DNA of 62,505 nucleotides, counting the filler. It is 6 parts of 6 records of this genome, joined end to end, with 100 filler letters (N's around TTAATTAATTAA, not from the genome) between each part and the next. Parts side by side here need not be neighbours in the genome. Positions count along the whole stretch, not along the records: positions 1 to 13,443 come from DRR723986_29041; positions 13,544 to 20,410 come from DRR723986_29517; 4 more parts are not named here. One strand, written 5' to 3'. Positions within the stretch are counted from its first letter, which is position 1, and every line of letters begins with the position of its first letter. The notes under the pieces are model-generated. The model was not told the DNA's origin and did no database searches. It saw nothing but the letters and a program-made list of their open reading frames with translations. Of this stretch, positions 7,680-18,225 are shown in pieces. A program made the position numbers and the translations under genes.

Positions 7680-10322
7680 ATGGATCTGACCATGCTACGA
7701 CCAGCTTTCCTTCGGCACATCGGGTGCCCTAATGCGAAACTCCGCATCCTTCTTGGAGTGTGCTTTTGCCTGCTCAGCTATTTGGGCAACGCGATAAACA
7801 TTGACATGTTTTTTGGCATCAACTTTCTATTTGGATCGGTTTTCGTTTGGCTAGTTATGATTACGTTGGGACACCTTTGGGCAATTGCCGCAGCATTCAT
7901 TGGTGCGTTGTACACCGTTGAGCTCTGGGGGCACTGGTGTGCGGTAATTGTATTCACCTCGGAAGCGATTTTTGTCACGGCATTGTGCAAGCACACCACC
8001 ACCCACCGTTTGACTATCATGGTTGTGGCTTTCTGGCTTGGCATCGGCGGGCCGCTAGCTCTTGTTTTGTACACTCAGATACTGGACATCCCTTGGGCGA
8101 CGTCGGTGTCGGTTGCTACCAAGCAGGCGCTCAACGGAATACTGAATGCGATAGTCGCTTCACTGATTGCGACATCGGCATTGTATTTCTATCCGAAAGG
8201 GACGAACGCGAACGGCTTCAAAGATGAGAACTCTTACAGCGGGCTTCTTCAACAGACCTTTGGACTGGCATTGCTTCTGCCGGTACTCATGTCCGAGTAT
8301 GTAGGTCTGCAACGAAATTTCCAACGTAACATTGCTTTGGAGCTGGAACGGTCTGAATTTGACGTACGCAGCGCGTCTCGAAACTTCGCTTCTTTTCTAA
8401 GGCTTGAAACAATATTTTGGGGCACCGAAATTGCCAAACTCGATTTGACAGAAAACACTGAAAAAATTCAAAAACTCGTTGAGAAAGATGTGTCAGCTGC
8501 ACCTTCACATATTTATGCCGTGATGGACGATGGCACTTTTCAATTACTTTATGGAAAGGCCTCCTCGTGGCGGCAGCTCGCAGAACCAGAACGCGCTTTC
8601 CAAGAAGCCTTAAACCAGAATATGGGTTTATTGATCGGATGTCACGAGGGTCAGTTTACTTCTCTTTACACGCAGGGCTCAAATGCTGACTCGTTTGCAT
8701 TTATATGGCCAATTGATGCGATCAGATCCATTTCTTATCACCGGCAAACTGATGAAACTGTGTTCAAATGCTTTTCCGGACCGGCGGGAAACTTGAATCG
8801 AAACTTCGACAACACTTCTGCCATAGTGCTGCGTGATACCGACCCATCAATTGCCCGGTTGCAGTCATGGTTGGATGCCAAGCTGGTAGCGCAGGCTGTA
8901 TTTGCTGCTCAGAATCCCGTAATACTTAAAATAAGCCATCCATTGCGATCAACCGTTCTTCAGATTCAGCTGGATACTTCTACTGCGCTCCAAAGGCTTT
9001 TGTTCTTAGCCATGCTGATCGTTTTGGGAGGGGCGGCCCTTGATTTTCTGTTTCGGATGTGGATGGAAAAGTTTGCACGAACTTCCGAAGCATATTTGAA
9101 ACATGGTCAGGCTCCCTCTAACTCTCTAAATCTAAACTTTAAGGAAGACCGCCAAATCTCTCAGTCGCTACACCGTCTTTCTAGAGCGGTTGAGAATGAA
9201 GAAAAAAGTAAATGGCGGGCGCAGCGGAACTTCACCACGCTGCTCAGCCAGGCTTCAACTCCCATTTTCGCGACAAACGCTGAAGGCCTAATCAAAATCT
9301 GGAACCCCGCCATTCAAGATCTCACTGGCTTTTCAAGCGACGAGGTGTTGGGTAAGCCTATCTCAGATTTTCTTGAAGGGGAAACAGACCCGACTTTCGC
9401 TCACGGCGGCGGAAATGCTAGCGACTTATTGTTTGACGTCCCAACCAGGGGCGGCGGGTCGGTACATCTTGTTGTAAGCCGACTAAGAATTGACACAAAT
9501 GAAGAAGCGAACCCAATATCCAGCGAAAAGAAAGTCCCTCCAGTAGGTAATACCTCCTATTTTATCGCGCAAAACTTGAGTGAACTTAAGGAATCTCAAG
9601 CCAAATTGATACATGCATCAAGGCTTGCCGCACTTGGGCAGATGGCGAGCTCATTCGCACATGAGCTCAATCAACCTCTAAATGTCATTACATTATCTGC
9701 CGGGAGTCTTCTTGAGCACGCAAAAACCGGTGAAGTATCGCTGGAGTACTTGATTTCTAAAGCAGCACGTGTCGAAGAGCAGGCAGTGAGGGCAGGCAAA
9801 ATTATTCGAGGGATCCGAAGGTTTACCCTAGAAATTGAAGGTGAAGAAATCATCAACTTCGATCCGGTGGACGAGTCTAAAGAAGCCTTTGGCCTTATTG
9901 AAGAACAACTACGCCTCGAAAATATCACGGTGAACTTCCATGCACCATCTACCCCAATCAGGATCAAGGGGACCCCAATACTGTTTGAGCAAGCAATGGT
10001 GAATCTGCTCGTGAATGCAAAACAGGCAATGGAAAAACAGGCTCTGTCCGAACGGCAGGTTGACATCACCTTTGCTGATGATGGAGATAAGGTTACTATT
10101 CTGATGCAAGACTCAGGGCCGGGAATCCCGAAGAATATTATGGGACGTGTATTTGATCCCTTCTTTTCGACCAAGAAAGATGTGGGCGGCACCGGCGTAG
10201 GCCTTTACATGAGTAGGACAGTCATCGAGGCGTTACATGGTACAATCAGAGCGGTGGACGTTGATCACGGAGCTTGTTTTGAAATTAAGTTACCGACTGA
10301 ATCTGACCCGCTGGGAGGCTAA
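7680..10322 (+). CDS. Membrane PAS-domain sensor histidine kinase (start uncertain)
   Basis: N-terminal multi-TM region, PAS (IWNPAIQDLTGF), H-box FAHELNQPL, N/G1/F/G2 boxes. Confidence 0.9.
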   Translation: MDLTMLRPAFLRHIGCPNAKLRILLGVCFCLLSYLGNAINIDMFFGINFLFGSVFVWLVMITLGHLWAIAAAFIGALYTVELWGHWCAVIVFTSEAIFVTALCKHTTTHRLTIMVVAFWLGIGGPLALVLYTQILDIPWATSVSVATKQALNGILNAIVASLIATSALYFYPKGTNANGFKDENSYSGLLQQTFGLALLLPVLMSEYVGLQRNFQRNIALELERSEFDVRSASRNFASFLRLETIFWGTEIAKLDLTENTEKIQKLVEKDVSAAPSHIYAVMDDGTFQLLYGKASSWRQLAEPERAFQEALNQNMGLLIGCHEGQFTSLYTQGSNADSFAFIWPIDAIRSISYHRQTDETVFKCFSGPAGNLNRNFDNTSAIVLRDTDPSIARLQSWLDAKLVAQAVFAAQNPVILKISHPLRSTVLQIQLDTSTALQRLLFLAMLIVLGGAALDFLFRMWMEKFARTSEAYLKHGQAPSNSLNLNFKEDRQISQSLHRLSRAVENEEKSKWRAQRNFTTLLSQASTPIFATNAEGLIKIWNPAIQDLTGFSSDEVLGKPISDFLEGETDPTFAHGGGNASDLLFDVPTRGGGSVHLVVSRLRIDTNEEANPISSEKKVPPVGNTSYFIAQNLSELKESQAKLIHASRLAALGQMASSFAHELNQPLNVITLSAGSLLEHAKTGEVSLEYLISKAARVEEQAVRAGKIIRGIRRFTLEIEGEEIINFDPVDESKEAFGLIEEQLRLENITVNFHAPSTPIRIKGTPILFEQAMVNLLVNAKQAMEKQALSERQVDITFADDGDKVTILMQDSGPGIPKNIMGRVFDPFFSTKKDVGGTGVGLYMSRTVIEALHGTIRAVDVDHGACFEIKLPTESDPLGG

Positions 10323-10709
10323 ATGTCTGCAGATTTGGTAAGTTTCACGGCGCTGGTTTTGGACGATGACGAAGAAATCGTCGACGAACTTTCCGAAGCC
10401 ATCGTATTGATGGGAGGCAACGTCGACGCTTTTTCCAATCCGGTTGAGTGCCTCGAATACCTGGACACGCATCGGTGCTCGTACGACGCGGTGATCGTCG
10501 ACTTGGCAATGCCACGCATTAATGGATTGGAATTCCTGAAGAAAGCGTCGCATCTATTTGCGAATTCACCGAGGCAATACCTTGTTACTGGATTGGCTGA
10601 CGTGAGAGGTAATAAGGTTGAAAGTGACGAGATGCTTACGGTGATGCAAAAACCAATAAGTTTCAGGGAACTAAAGGAAAAACTGGGACACCCTTTGTTA
10701 TATGGATAG
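10323..10709 (+). CDS. Single-domain response regulator
   Basis: LVLDDD, IVDLAMPRING, conserved T and KP; starts directly after the HK stop. Confidence 0.85.
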   Translation: MSADLVSFTALVLDDDEEIVDELSEAIVLMGGNVDAFSNPVECLEYLDTHRCSYDAVIVDLAMPRINGLEFLKKASHLFANSPRQYLVTGLADVRGNKVESDEMLTVMQKPISFRELKEKLGHPLLYG

Positions 10710-10833
10710 TCGGAAGGGTGCCCCAGTAAGCGCAGACCCACCTAAAACAGGGAAAGGTCCGCGACTTCCGGCTCTATGGTAGGCAGTAGTCCCGTGAGTG
10801 GTGGTGCCTGTGAGCGCGGAATTGTTTGTTTTG

Positions 10834-11376
10834 CTATTTCCCTCGTTGCTGGCAAAGATAATTTTCGGCCCCTCGCCGCAAGTCATCAAATTTGCTGCCC
10901 CAGCGAATACTGGCATTCACTGCGGCTTCTAGAGCAGTTAACAGCTCCTCTTGGGATTTTGGTTCGCCGACGACACAATCTGCGTAAAGTTTAGGGTAAG
11001 CATTATTACCAGACAAATTTCCTTTTTGGGTCATGATCATAATTGGCACTCGTACATCCATCATTCTAATGATGCGGACAAAGCTCCTCAAGCGCCCCTC
11101 GTCCAAGGGCTGGTCGAGTCGAACTACAATCATCGCCCATTCTTCGGGATCTGCGGAAACAACTTTGAATGTGGCATCCAAGGATGAGGAACACGCTACT
11201 TCGTAGCCCAAGCTCTCGAACCCTAACTTGACATTACGGAACGTGGCTTCCTGAGATACGACACAGGCAACGCACTTTGTTCTGAAGTTACTCGCCGAGT
11301 ACAGGTCAGCCAAATCGCTTCCCAAGGGCTTAAGTTTTTCGAGACCAAATGTGCTATCAAGTTTGTAGGCTTCCAC
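10834..11376 (-). CDS. Pseudo-receiver-like protein
   Basis: Receiver-like beta/alpha pattern (LGYEV, WAMIVVRLD, VPIMIMT) lacking the acidic pocket and the canonical phospho-Asp. Confidence 0.55.
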   Translation of the reverse strand: MEAYKLDSTFGLEKLKPLGSDLADLYSASNFRTKCVACVVSQEATFRNVKLGFESLGYEVACSSSLDATFKVVSADPEEWAMIVVRLDQPLDEGRLRSFVRIIRMMDVRVPIMIMTQKGNLSGNNAYPKLYADCVVGEPKSQEELLTALEAAVNASIRWGSKFDDLRRGAENYLCQQRGK

Positions 11377-11684
11377 AGGTACATCCTCAGTTCTTTCAAT
11401 TGAGTAGCTACACCTTGAGTGTCCAATGGGTTCGACAGGAGTGTATAATTCTGTGTTTTTTTAGTGCAAGGAAGGTGTGTTTCGGTTGGGGCTTTCGTGA
11501 TTAGCATCCCTACCTTTGGCTGCCTGTTCAAGATGTGCCTCCTGCCCTTGGCGCAATTCCAATTTGACGATCCTCAGGCTAGGGCCCATCTGCGACCATG
11601 TCGTCTGGCTTGCTCCTCGCTAAGTTCCTGCCGTTACTTGCATTGATGGCGAAGGACCGGCCTCCGAACTTGAAGTCAAATTTC

Positions 11685-11760
11685 AATGTCAGCTTCGGAC
11701 TGTTAGCCGTCTGAATACAGGGTTTGATTCAAAGGCAGCTCTGGACCGTCGTGAGACTTT
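11685..11760 (+). repeat. Two degenerate 30-nt palindrome copies at the right edge of the island
   Basis: AATGTCAGCTTCGGACTGTTAGCCGTCTGA (11685-11714) and AAAGGCAGCTCTGGACCGTCGTGAGACTTT (11731-11760). Confidence 0.5.
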
Positions 11761-11821
11761 GCAAAGCCCTCTTTCTGCGCAAACCTACCTCACACAACCA
11801 CACCCAAACGCCTGCCCCCCC

Positions 11822-11852
11822 TTGAGCTGAACCCAACTTGAGGGGCTACGCT
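11822..11852 (+). promoter_or_regulatory. SoxR/MerR-type promoter for the second VOC gene
   Basis: TTGAGC-TGAACCCAACTTGAGGGGC(19 bp)-TACGCT; right half-site CTTGAGG intact. Confidence 0.6.
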
Positions 11853-11907
11853 CTTCCTCACCCCAAACCCAGCGCCCCGAATCTGCGCACCCGAGGAAAG
11901 GCACCCC

Positions 11908-12285
11908 ATGCAGTTCACCCAAGCCGGCATCATTCTTTTCACACAACACTACGCCGCCTGCGTCCGTTTCTATCGCGATGGCCTTGGCCTCCCGCTCCTG
12001 CTCCAAATCGACCGCCCCGGCGAACGACTCACCACCTTTGCGCTTGGCGATACCTATCTGATGGTCGAACCCGGTGGCCACGCTCATGACGGCTCCAAAC
12101 CCCTTGACGCCTCCCCCCTCAAGCTCCGCTTCAATGTCCCCGACGTGCGCGCCACCTGTGCCCATCTGCGCGACAAAGGCATTCCAACCACGCTTTTCAC
12201 CCACACATGGGGCACAACGGCTGAATTCCACGACCCAGACGGCAATCAATGCGCCCTGCGATCAGACACAGGCTTCGGCGCCTAA
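11908..12285 (+). CDS. VOC (glyoxalase) family protein
   Basis: FYRDGLGL, LRFNVPDV, FHDPDGN. Confidence 0.88.
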   Translation: MQFTQAGIILFTQHYAACVRFYRDGLGLPLLLQIDRPGERLTTFALGDTYLMVEPGGHAHDGSKPLDASPLKLRFNVPDVRATCAHLRDKGIPTTLFTHTWGTTAEFHDPDGNQCALRSDTGFGA

Positions 12286-12375
12286 CCAACCTTATCCACA
12301 AGACCATGCGTCCCCCTTCCCCCCAACCACATCACCTGCCATAATGCCCCAAACCCAAAAACAAGAGCAGCAGCC

Positions 12376-13443
12376 ATGCCCGACGATCTACTCAGCGGTA
12401 ACGCCCCCGCCACCTACGACGCCTCCTCGATCGAGGTGCTCGAAGGGCTGGAACCCGTACGCAAACGTCCCGGCATGTATATCGGGGGCACGGACGAACG
12501 CGCCCTGCACCATCTGGTCGCCGAAGTACTCGACAACTCCATGGACGAAGCCGTCGCTGGCCACGCCTCCCGGATCGAGGTCGAACTCCACGCCGATTAC
12601 GCCGTCACCATCCGCGACAACGGCCGCGGCATCCCCATCGACCCGCACCCCAAATTCCCCGGCAAATCCGCGCTCGAGGTCATCCTCTGCACCCTGCACG
12701 CAGGCGGTAAATTCTCGGGCGACGCCTATGAAACCTCCGGCGGTCTGCACGGGGTTGGTGCCTCTGTCGTCAACGCGCTCAGCGATTCCATGGTCGTCCA
12801 AGTCGCCCGCAACAAGGAACTGTTTGAACAACGTTTTTCCCGCGGCATCCCGCTGGGCGGTGTGGAAAAGGTCGGCGCAGCCCCCAACCGGCGCGGCACC
12901 ACCGTCACCTTTCACGCCGATGAACAGATCTTTGGCCACCACCGCTTCAAACCCGCCCGCCTGTTCAAATCCATCCGCTCCAAGGCCTACCTGTTCTCCG
13001 GCGTTGAAATCCGCTGGAAATCCGAAATCGACGACGGCGAAACCCCAACCAGCGCGACCTTCCACTTTCCCGGCGGCCTGTCCGACTACCTGACCGAGAC
13101 ACTGGGCAAGGCCTCGACCTACGCCGATGCGCCCTTCGCGGGCACCGTCGACTTCAAGGAGAAATTCGGCACACCGGGCAAGGTCGAATGGGCCATCAAC
13201 TGGACGCCCGCGCGCGATGGCTTCATTCAATCCTACTGTAACACCGTCCCAACCCCCGAGGGCGGAACCCACGTCGCAGGCTTCTGGTCCGCCATCGTCA
13301 AAGGAATCAAAGCCTACGGCGAACTGGTGAACAACAAAAAAGCCGCGCAAATCACCCGCGACGACCTGCTCACCGGCGGCTGCGCCCTGATCTCGTGCTT
13401 TATCCGCGAACCCGAATTTGTCGGCCAGACCAAAGACCGCCTT
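12376..13443 (+). CDS. parE: DNA topoisomerase IV subunit B (3' truncated)
   Basis: YDASSIEVLEGLEPVRKRPGMYIGGTD, EVLDNSMDE, LHAGGKF; alphaproteobacterial ParE-type sequence. Confidence 0.9.
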
Positions 13444-13543
13444 NNNNNNNNNNNNNNNNNNNNNNNNNNNNNNNNNNNNNNNNNNNNTTAATTAATTAAN
13501 NNNNNNNNNNNNNNNNNNNNNNNNNNNNNNNNNNNNNNNNNNN
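13444..13543. other. Artificial contig spacer
   Basis: N44-TTAATTAATTAA-N44. Confidence 0.99.
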
Positions 13544-13545
13544 CT

Positions 13546-16146
13546 ATGGCAAAGAATGACCCCGGTACCGGGGCGGGAGTGGATGCCAGCAAGGTAGAAC
13601 AGGTATTGCAGACCGAAACCGGAGGCCGGGCGCTGACCGGGCCTGCAGCGGTTATCCTGTTCATCGTTCCGGTGTGCTGGTCGTTGTTCCAGCTCTGGAT
13701 TGCATCACCCCTGCCGTTCATTCTGAATTTCGGAATATTCAATTCCACCGAAGCGCGCTCAATCCATCTGGCGTTTGCGGTGTTTCTTGCATTCTCGGCA
13801 TTCCCGATGATCAAGGGGGTGCATGCCAATAAGGTGCCCATATATGACTGGGTGTTGGCTTTGGCTGCTGCATTTGCGGCTTCCTATCTTTATGTTTTTT
13901 ATGATGCTCTTTCGCAGAGGCCGGGGGCACCAACCACCATGGATCTCTGGGTGGCGTTGGGTGGCCTGGTATTGCTGCTGGAAGCTACCCGGAGGGCCCT
14001 TGGGCTCCCGCTGACTGTTGTTGCGGCGGTTTTTATTGCCTATTCACTGGCCGGCCCTTACATGCCGGATGTGATTTCTCATAAAGGCGTGAGCCTGAAC
14101 AAGCTGGCTTCCCACCAATGGCTCGGAACCGAGGGGGTATTCGGGGTTGCTCTTGGGGTATCTACCAGCTTTGTTTTCCTGTTTGTGTTGTTCGGTGCCT
14201 TGCTTGAGCGGGCGGGAGCCGGTAACTACTTTATCAAGGTGGCTTACGCCATGCTGGGGCATATGCGCGGAGGTCCGGCCAAGGCGGCGGTGGTTTCCAG
14301 TGGTCTGAGTGGGGTGATTTCCGGCTCCTCCATCGCCAATGTGGTGACCACCGGTACCTTCACCATTCCCCTGATGAAACGGGTCGGTTTCCCGGCTACC
14401 AAAGCCGGTGCGGTTGAAGTGGCTGCGTCCACCAACGGCCAGCTTACCCCGCCAATCATGGGAGCCGCGGCCTTCCTGATGGTCGAGTACGTGGGGATTT
14501 CCTATCTCGAGGTGATCAAGCACGCCATTCTGCCGGCACTGATTTCCTATGTTGCCCTGATTTACATCGTTCATCTGGAAGCCTGCAAGCTTAAGATGGA
14601 AGGGGTAGAGCGGCTGAATCGTCCAACCCTGGCCCAGCGCATGCTGAACTGGGTGGTCATTCTGATTGGCCTGATCGTACTGACCTTCGCGGTTTATTAC
14701 GGGGTTGGCTGGACCAAAGGGGTGCTGGGTGAGGCTGCGCCCTGGGTGCTCGGGCCAATTCTGGTTCTGATCTATGCGGGACTGGTTGGATACGCCACCC
14801 GATTCCCGGAGCTGGAGGAAGACGATCCCAACAAAGAGATGACCGAGTTGCCGGAGGTGGGGCCCACGGTTAAAACCGGGCTCTACTATCTGCTGCCGGT
14901 GGTGGTGCTGGTCTGGTGTCTGACGGTTGAACGCTTTTCGCCCCAGCTGTCTGCCTTCTGGGCAACCTTGTTCATGATCTTTATCGTTATTACCCAGCGG
15001 CCGCTGAAGGCATTTTTCCGCAAGCATGGCGGATTGATGTCTGAATTCATTGGCGGCATCAGTGACTTGTTCCATTCGCTGGCGACCGGCGCCAGGAACA
15101 TGGTGGGTATCGGCGTTGCGACAGCGACGGCCGGCATCGTAGTTGGTACGGTGACGCTGACCGGTATCGGCCTGGTGATGACCCAATTCGTGGAATTCCT
15201 GTCTGGCGGAAATCTGCTGCTGATGCTCATCTTCACCGCTGTGATCAGTCTGATTCTGGGAATGGGGTTGCCGACAACCGCCAACTACATTGTGGTTTCC
15301 ACCTTGATGGCTCCGGTTATCGTAACCCTGGGGGCCCAGAATGGCCTGATTGTTCCGCTGATTGCGGTGCACCTGTTCGTGTTCTATTTCGGGATACTGG
15401 CGGATGATACGCCGCCCGTGGGGCTGGCCGCCTACGCGGCGGCCGCAATCTCAGGAGCAGACCCGATCCGAACGGGTGTCCAGGGTTTTACCTACGATAT
15501 TCGAACCGCCATTCTGCCGTTCATGTTCATCTTCAACACGCAGCTGTTGTTGATTGGTCTGACTGGCTGGTTTGATCTGCTGGTTACGGTGTTCAGCGCC
15601 GTCACGGCCATGCTGGTGTTCTCGGCGGCAACCCAGGGCTTCTGGTTCACCCGGAGCCGGAAGTGGGAAACCCTGTTGTTGTTGCTGATTACCTTCACCA
15701 TGTTCCGGCCCGGTTTCTGGTGGGACATGATCTATCCGCCGAACGAAGAGCGGCCGGGGACCGCCGTTATGGAATACGTGGCGGATGTGCCTGCTGATGG
15801 TGAGGTGGTGCTGAAGGTATCAGGCATGGCGCTGGATGGCAGTGATGTCACCACCTACGTCGAGCTTGAGATCCCTGGAGGTGAAACCGCGCAGGAGCGC
15901 CTGGCGGGTGCAGGCCTGGAAGTGTCAGAGCAGGGCGGTGATCTGGTGGTGGATTTCGTCAACTTTGGCAGTGCTGCGGAAGATGCCGGTATCCAGTTTG
16001 GCTGGACCATTGATGCAGTCCAGATTGAGCTGGAGCGGCCACCGAAAGAGTTGATGTTTATCCCGGCACTGTTGCTGTTGGGTCTGGTCGCTTTCGGTCA
16101 GCTCAGGCGCAAGGCACGGGAGGAGGCCCAACCCCAGCCGGCCTGA
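13546..16146 (+). CDS. TRAP transporter fused 4TM/12TM permease with DUF3394-like C-terminus
   Basis: [40 protein letters not shown]. Confidence 0.93.
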   Translation: MAKNDPGTGAGVDASKVEQVLQTETGGRALTGPAAVILFIVPVCWSLFQLWIASPLPFILNFGIFNSTEARSIHLAFAVFLAFSAFPMIKGVHANKVPIYDWVLALAAAFAASYLYVFYDALSQRPGAPTTMDLWVALGGLVLLLEATRRALGLPLTVVAAVFIAYSLAGPYMPDVISHKGVSLNKLASHQWLGTEGVFGVALGVSTSFVFLFVLFGALLERAGAGNYFIKVAYAMLGHMRGGPAKAAVVSSGLSGVISGSSIANVVTTGTFTIPLMKRVGFPATKAGAVEVAASTNGQLTPPIMGAAAFLMVEYVGISYLEVIKHAILPALISYVALIYIVHLEACKLKMEGVERLNRPTLAQRMLNWVVILIGLIVLTFAVYYGVGWTKGVLGEAAPWVLGPILVLIYAGLVGYATRFPELEEDDPNKEMTELPEVGPTVKTGLYYLLPVVVLVWCLTVERFSPQLSAFWATLFMIFIVITQRPLKAFFRKHGGLMSEFIGGISDLFHSLATGARNMVGIGVATATAGIVVGTVTLTGIGLVMTQFVEFLSGGNLLLMLIFTAVISLILGMGLPTTANYIVVSTLMAPVIVTLGAQNGLIVPLIAVHLFVFYFGILADDTPPVGLAAYAAAAISGADPIRTGVQGFTYDIRTAILPFMFIFNTQLLLIGLTGWFDLLVTVFSAVTAMLVFSAATQGFWFTRSRKWETLLLLLITFTMFRPGFWWDMIYPPNEERPGTAVMEYVADVPADGEVVLKVSGMALDGSDVTTYVELEIPGGETAQERLAGAGLEVSEQGGDLVVDFVNFGSAAEDAGIQFGWTIDAVQIELERPPKELMFIPALLLLGLVAFGQLRRKAREEAQPQPA

Positions 16147-16162
16147 TTGGCTTCGGCTCCGT

Positions 16163-16192
16163 AAAAACCCGGCGTTGCTGCCGGGTTTTTTT
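16163..16192 (+). terminator. Intrinsic terminator (bidirectional type)
   Basis: AAAAACCCGGC-loop-GCCGGGTTTTTTT. Confidence 0.85.
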
Positions 16193-16213
16193 CTGTTAGA
16201 CTCGCCCTCAAAT

Positions 16214-16271
16214 CCGGCTCGCGGTTTGTGTCGCGCAGCCCGGCAACCAAGTGATCTTTGGTATAGATCAC
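16214..16271 (+). promoter_or_regulatory. thrS translational operator (tRNA-Thr anticodon-arm mimic)
   Basis: GTGATCT-TTGGTAT-AGATCAC hairpin (16251-16271) with central GGT; upstream hairpin with TGT in its loop. Confidence 0.75.
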
Positions 16272-16297
16272 CGCTGAGAAACCACGAGGAGATAAAC

Positions 16298-18223
16298 ATG
16301 CCCGTCATTACCCTGCCAGATGGCAGTCATCGCAGTTTTGCTGAACCCGTAACCGTACACGACGTTGCCGCAGACATTGGCGCGGGCCTGGCCAAAGCGG
16401 CCCTGGCCGGAAAGGTTAACGGAAAGCTTGTGGATACCAGCCACCTGATTGAAAACGATACAGAGCTGGCGATTGTGACGGAGCGTGATGAAGACGGCGT
16501 GGATATTATTCGCCACTCCACTGCCCACCTGATGGCCATGGCGGTTCAGGAGCTGTTCCCTGGCGCCCAGGTCACCATCGGTCCGGTAATCGAGAACGGC
16601 TTCTACTACGACTTCAAATATGAGCGCCCGTTTACCAATGAAGACATGGCGCGCATTGAAAAGCGTATGGAAGAACTCGCGAAACAGGATCTTCCGGTAT
16701 CCCGCTCCATTATGTCCCGGGACGAAGCGATCAAGCTGTTTAACGAGATGGGCGAGGAGTACAAGGTTCGCATCATCGAAGACATTCCGGGAGAGGAAGA
16801 CCTGTCGTTCTATCGTCAGGGCGACTTCATCGATCTTTGCCGTGGTCCTCACGTGCCCAGCACCGGTAAGCTCAAGGCCTTCAAGCTGACCAAGGTGGCC
16901 GGGGCCTATTGGCGTGGCGATACCAGCAATGAGCAGTTGCAGCGTATCTACGGTACGGCCTGGGGTAACAAGAAAGACCTCAAGGCCTACCTGCACCGCC
17001 TGGAAGAAGCCGAAAAACGGGATCATCGCAAGATTGGCAAGAAGCTGGGCCTGTTCCACATGCAGGAAGAAGCCCCGGGTATGGTGTTCTGGCATCCGGA
17101 TGGCTGGTCCCTCTATCAGGAGGTGGAACAGTACATGCGTGCCCAGCAGCACAAGCATGGCTACAAGGAGATCAAGACGCCTCAGGTGGTGTCGCGGACC
17201 CTGTGGGAGAAGTCCGGCCACTGGGACAAGTTCAAGGATGACATGTTTACCACTGAGTCCGAGAAGCACGATTACGCCATCAAGCCCATGAACTGTCCGT
17301 GTCACGTGCAGGTGTTTAATCAGGGGCTGAAGAGCTACAAGGATCTGCCGCTGCGCCTGGCCGAGTTTGGCTCCTGTCACCGGAATGAAGCTTCTGGCGC
17401 GTTGCATGGCCTGATGCGGGTGCGTGGTTTTACCCAGGATGATGCCCATATCTTCTGTGAGGAAGATGCTATCCAGGAAGAAGTGTCTGCATTTATTGCC
17501 ATGTTGCACGAGATATATGCAGACTTCGGCTTCAGTGAAATTCTTTACAAGCTGTCCACCCGCCCTGAAAAGCGGGTAGGGTCGGACGAAGTCTGGGACA
17601 AAGCCGAGGCAGCGCTCGAGCAGGCGCTGAACCGTGAAGGGGTTGACTGGGAGCTGTTGCCGGGCGAAGGTGCCTTCTACGGCCCGAAGATCGAATTTTC
17701 TCTGAAAGATTGCCTCGGTCGGGTATGGCAGTGTGGTACCATCCAGGTCGACTTCTCGATGCCGGGTCGTCTGGGGGCGCAGTATGTGGCCGACAATTCC
17801 GAGCGCAAAACGCCGGTTATGCTGCATCGGGCTGTACTGGGTTCCTTTGAGCGCTTCATCGGTATCCTGATCGAGGAGTACGAGGGTGCTTTCCCGACCT
17901 GGCTGGCACCGACACAGGTTGCTGTCCTGAATATTACTGATAAACAGCGTGATTACTGTCAGAATCTGGCCAAAAAACTGGATTCTTTAGGCTATCGGGT
18001 TAATGCTGACTTGAGAAACGAGAAGATCGGCTTTAAAATCCGCGAGCATACTCTAAATAAGGTTCCCTATCTGGTTGTTGTTGGCGATAAAGAAATCGAG
18101 AACAACGCCGTTGCCGTCCGGACACGTAAGGGCGAAGACCTGGGAACCATGTCGGTCGACGATTTTGAAAAGCTGCTTGCAGCGGACGTCGAGCGCAAAG
18201 GTAGAACCAAAACGGAGATCTGA
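16298..18223 (+). CDS. thrS: Threonine--tRNA ligase
   Basis: [41 protein letters not shown]. Confidence 0.98.
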   Translation: MPVITLPDGSHRSFAEPVTVHDVAADIGAGLAKAALAGKVNGKLVDTSHLIENDTELAIVTERDEDGVDIIRHSTAHLMAMAVQELFPGAQVTIGPVIENGFYYDFKYERPFTNEDMARIEKRMEELAKQDLPVSRSIMSRDEAIKLFNEMGEEYKVRIIEDIPGEEDLSFYRQGDFIDLCRGPHVPSTGKLKAFKLTKVAGAYWRGDTSNEQLQRIYGTAWGNKKDLKAYLHRLEEAEKRDHRKIGKKLGLFHMQEEAPGMVFWHPDGWSLYQEVEQYMRAQQHKHGYKEIKTPQVVSRTLWEKSGHWDKFKDDMFTTESEKHDYAIKPMNCPCHVQVFNQGLKSYKDLPLRLAEFGSCHRNEASGALHGLMRVRGFTQDDAHIFCEEDAIQEEVSAFIAMLHEIYADFGFSEILYKLSTRPEKRVGSDEVWDKAEAALEQALNREGVDWELLPGEGAFYGPKIEFSLKDCLGRVWQCGTIQVDFSMPGRLGAQYVADNSERKTPVMLHRAVLGSFERFIGILIEEYEGAFPTWLAPTQVAVLNITDKQRDYCQNLAKKLDSLGYRVNADLRNEKIGFKIREHTLNKVPYLVVVGDKEIENNAVAVRTRKGEDLGTMSVDDFEKLLAADVERKGRTKTEI

Positions 18224-18225
18224 TT

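Larger units (their letters stand above)
6558..11684. mobile_element. Putative horizontally acquired island (signalling module); no integrase or transposase seen
   Basis: Visibly lower GC and loss of the strong C-rich + strand bias of the flanking genes; bounded by palindrome copies. Confidence 0.6.

Noticed and set aside
12074-13350. Long alternative-frame and antisense ORFs over parE (also over the MFS, TRAP, thrS, GT87, AEC and adhesin genes)
   Set aside because: These are shadow ORFs expected from high GC and codon bias; the translations are low-complexity with no family motifs.
16175-16297. 41-aa N-terminal extension of ThrRS in the ORF track
   Set aside because: It overlaps the TRAP terminator and the operator hairpins; the RBS and the conserved MPVITLPDG start are at 16298.
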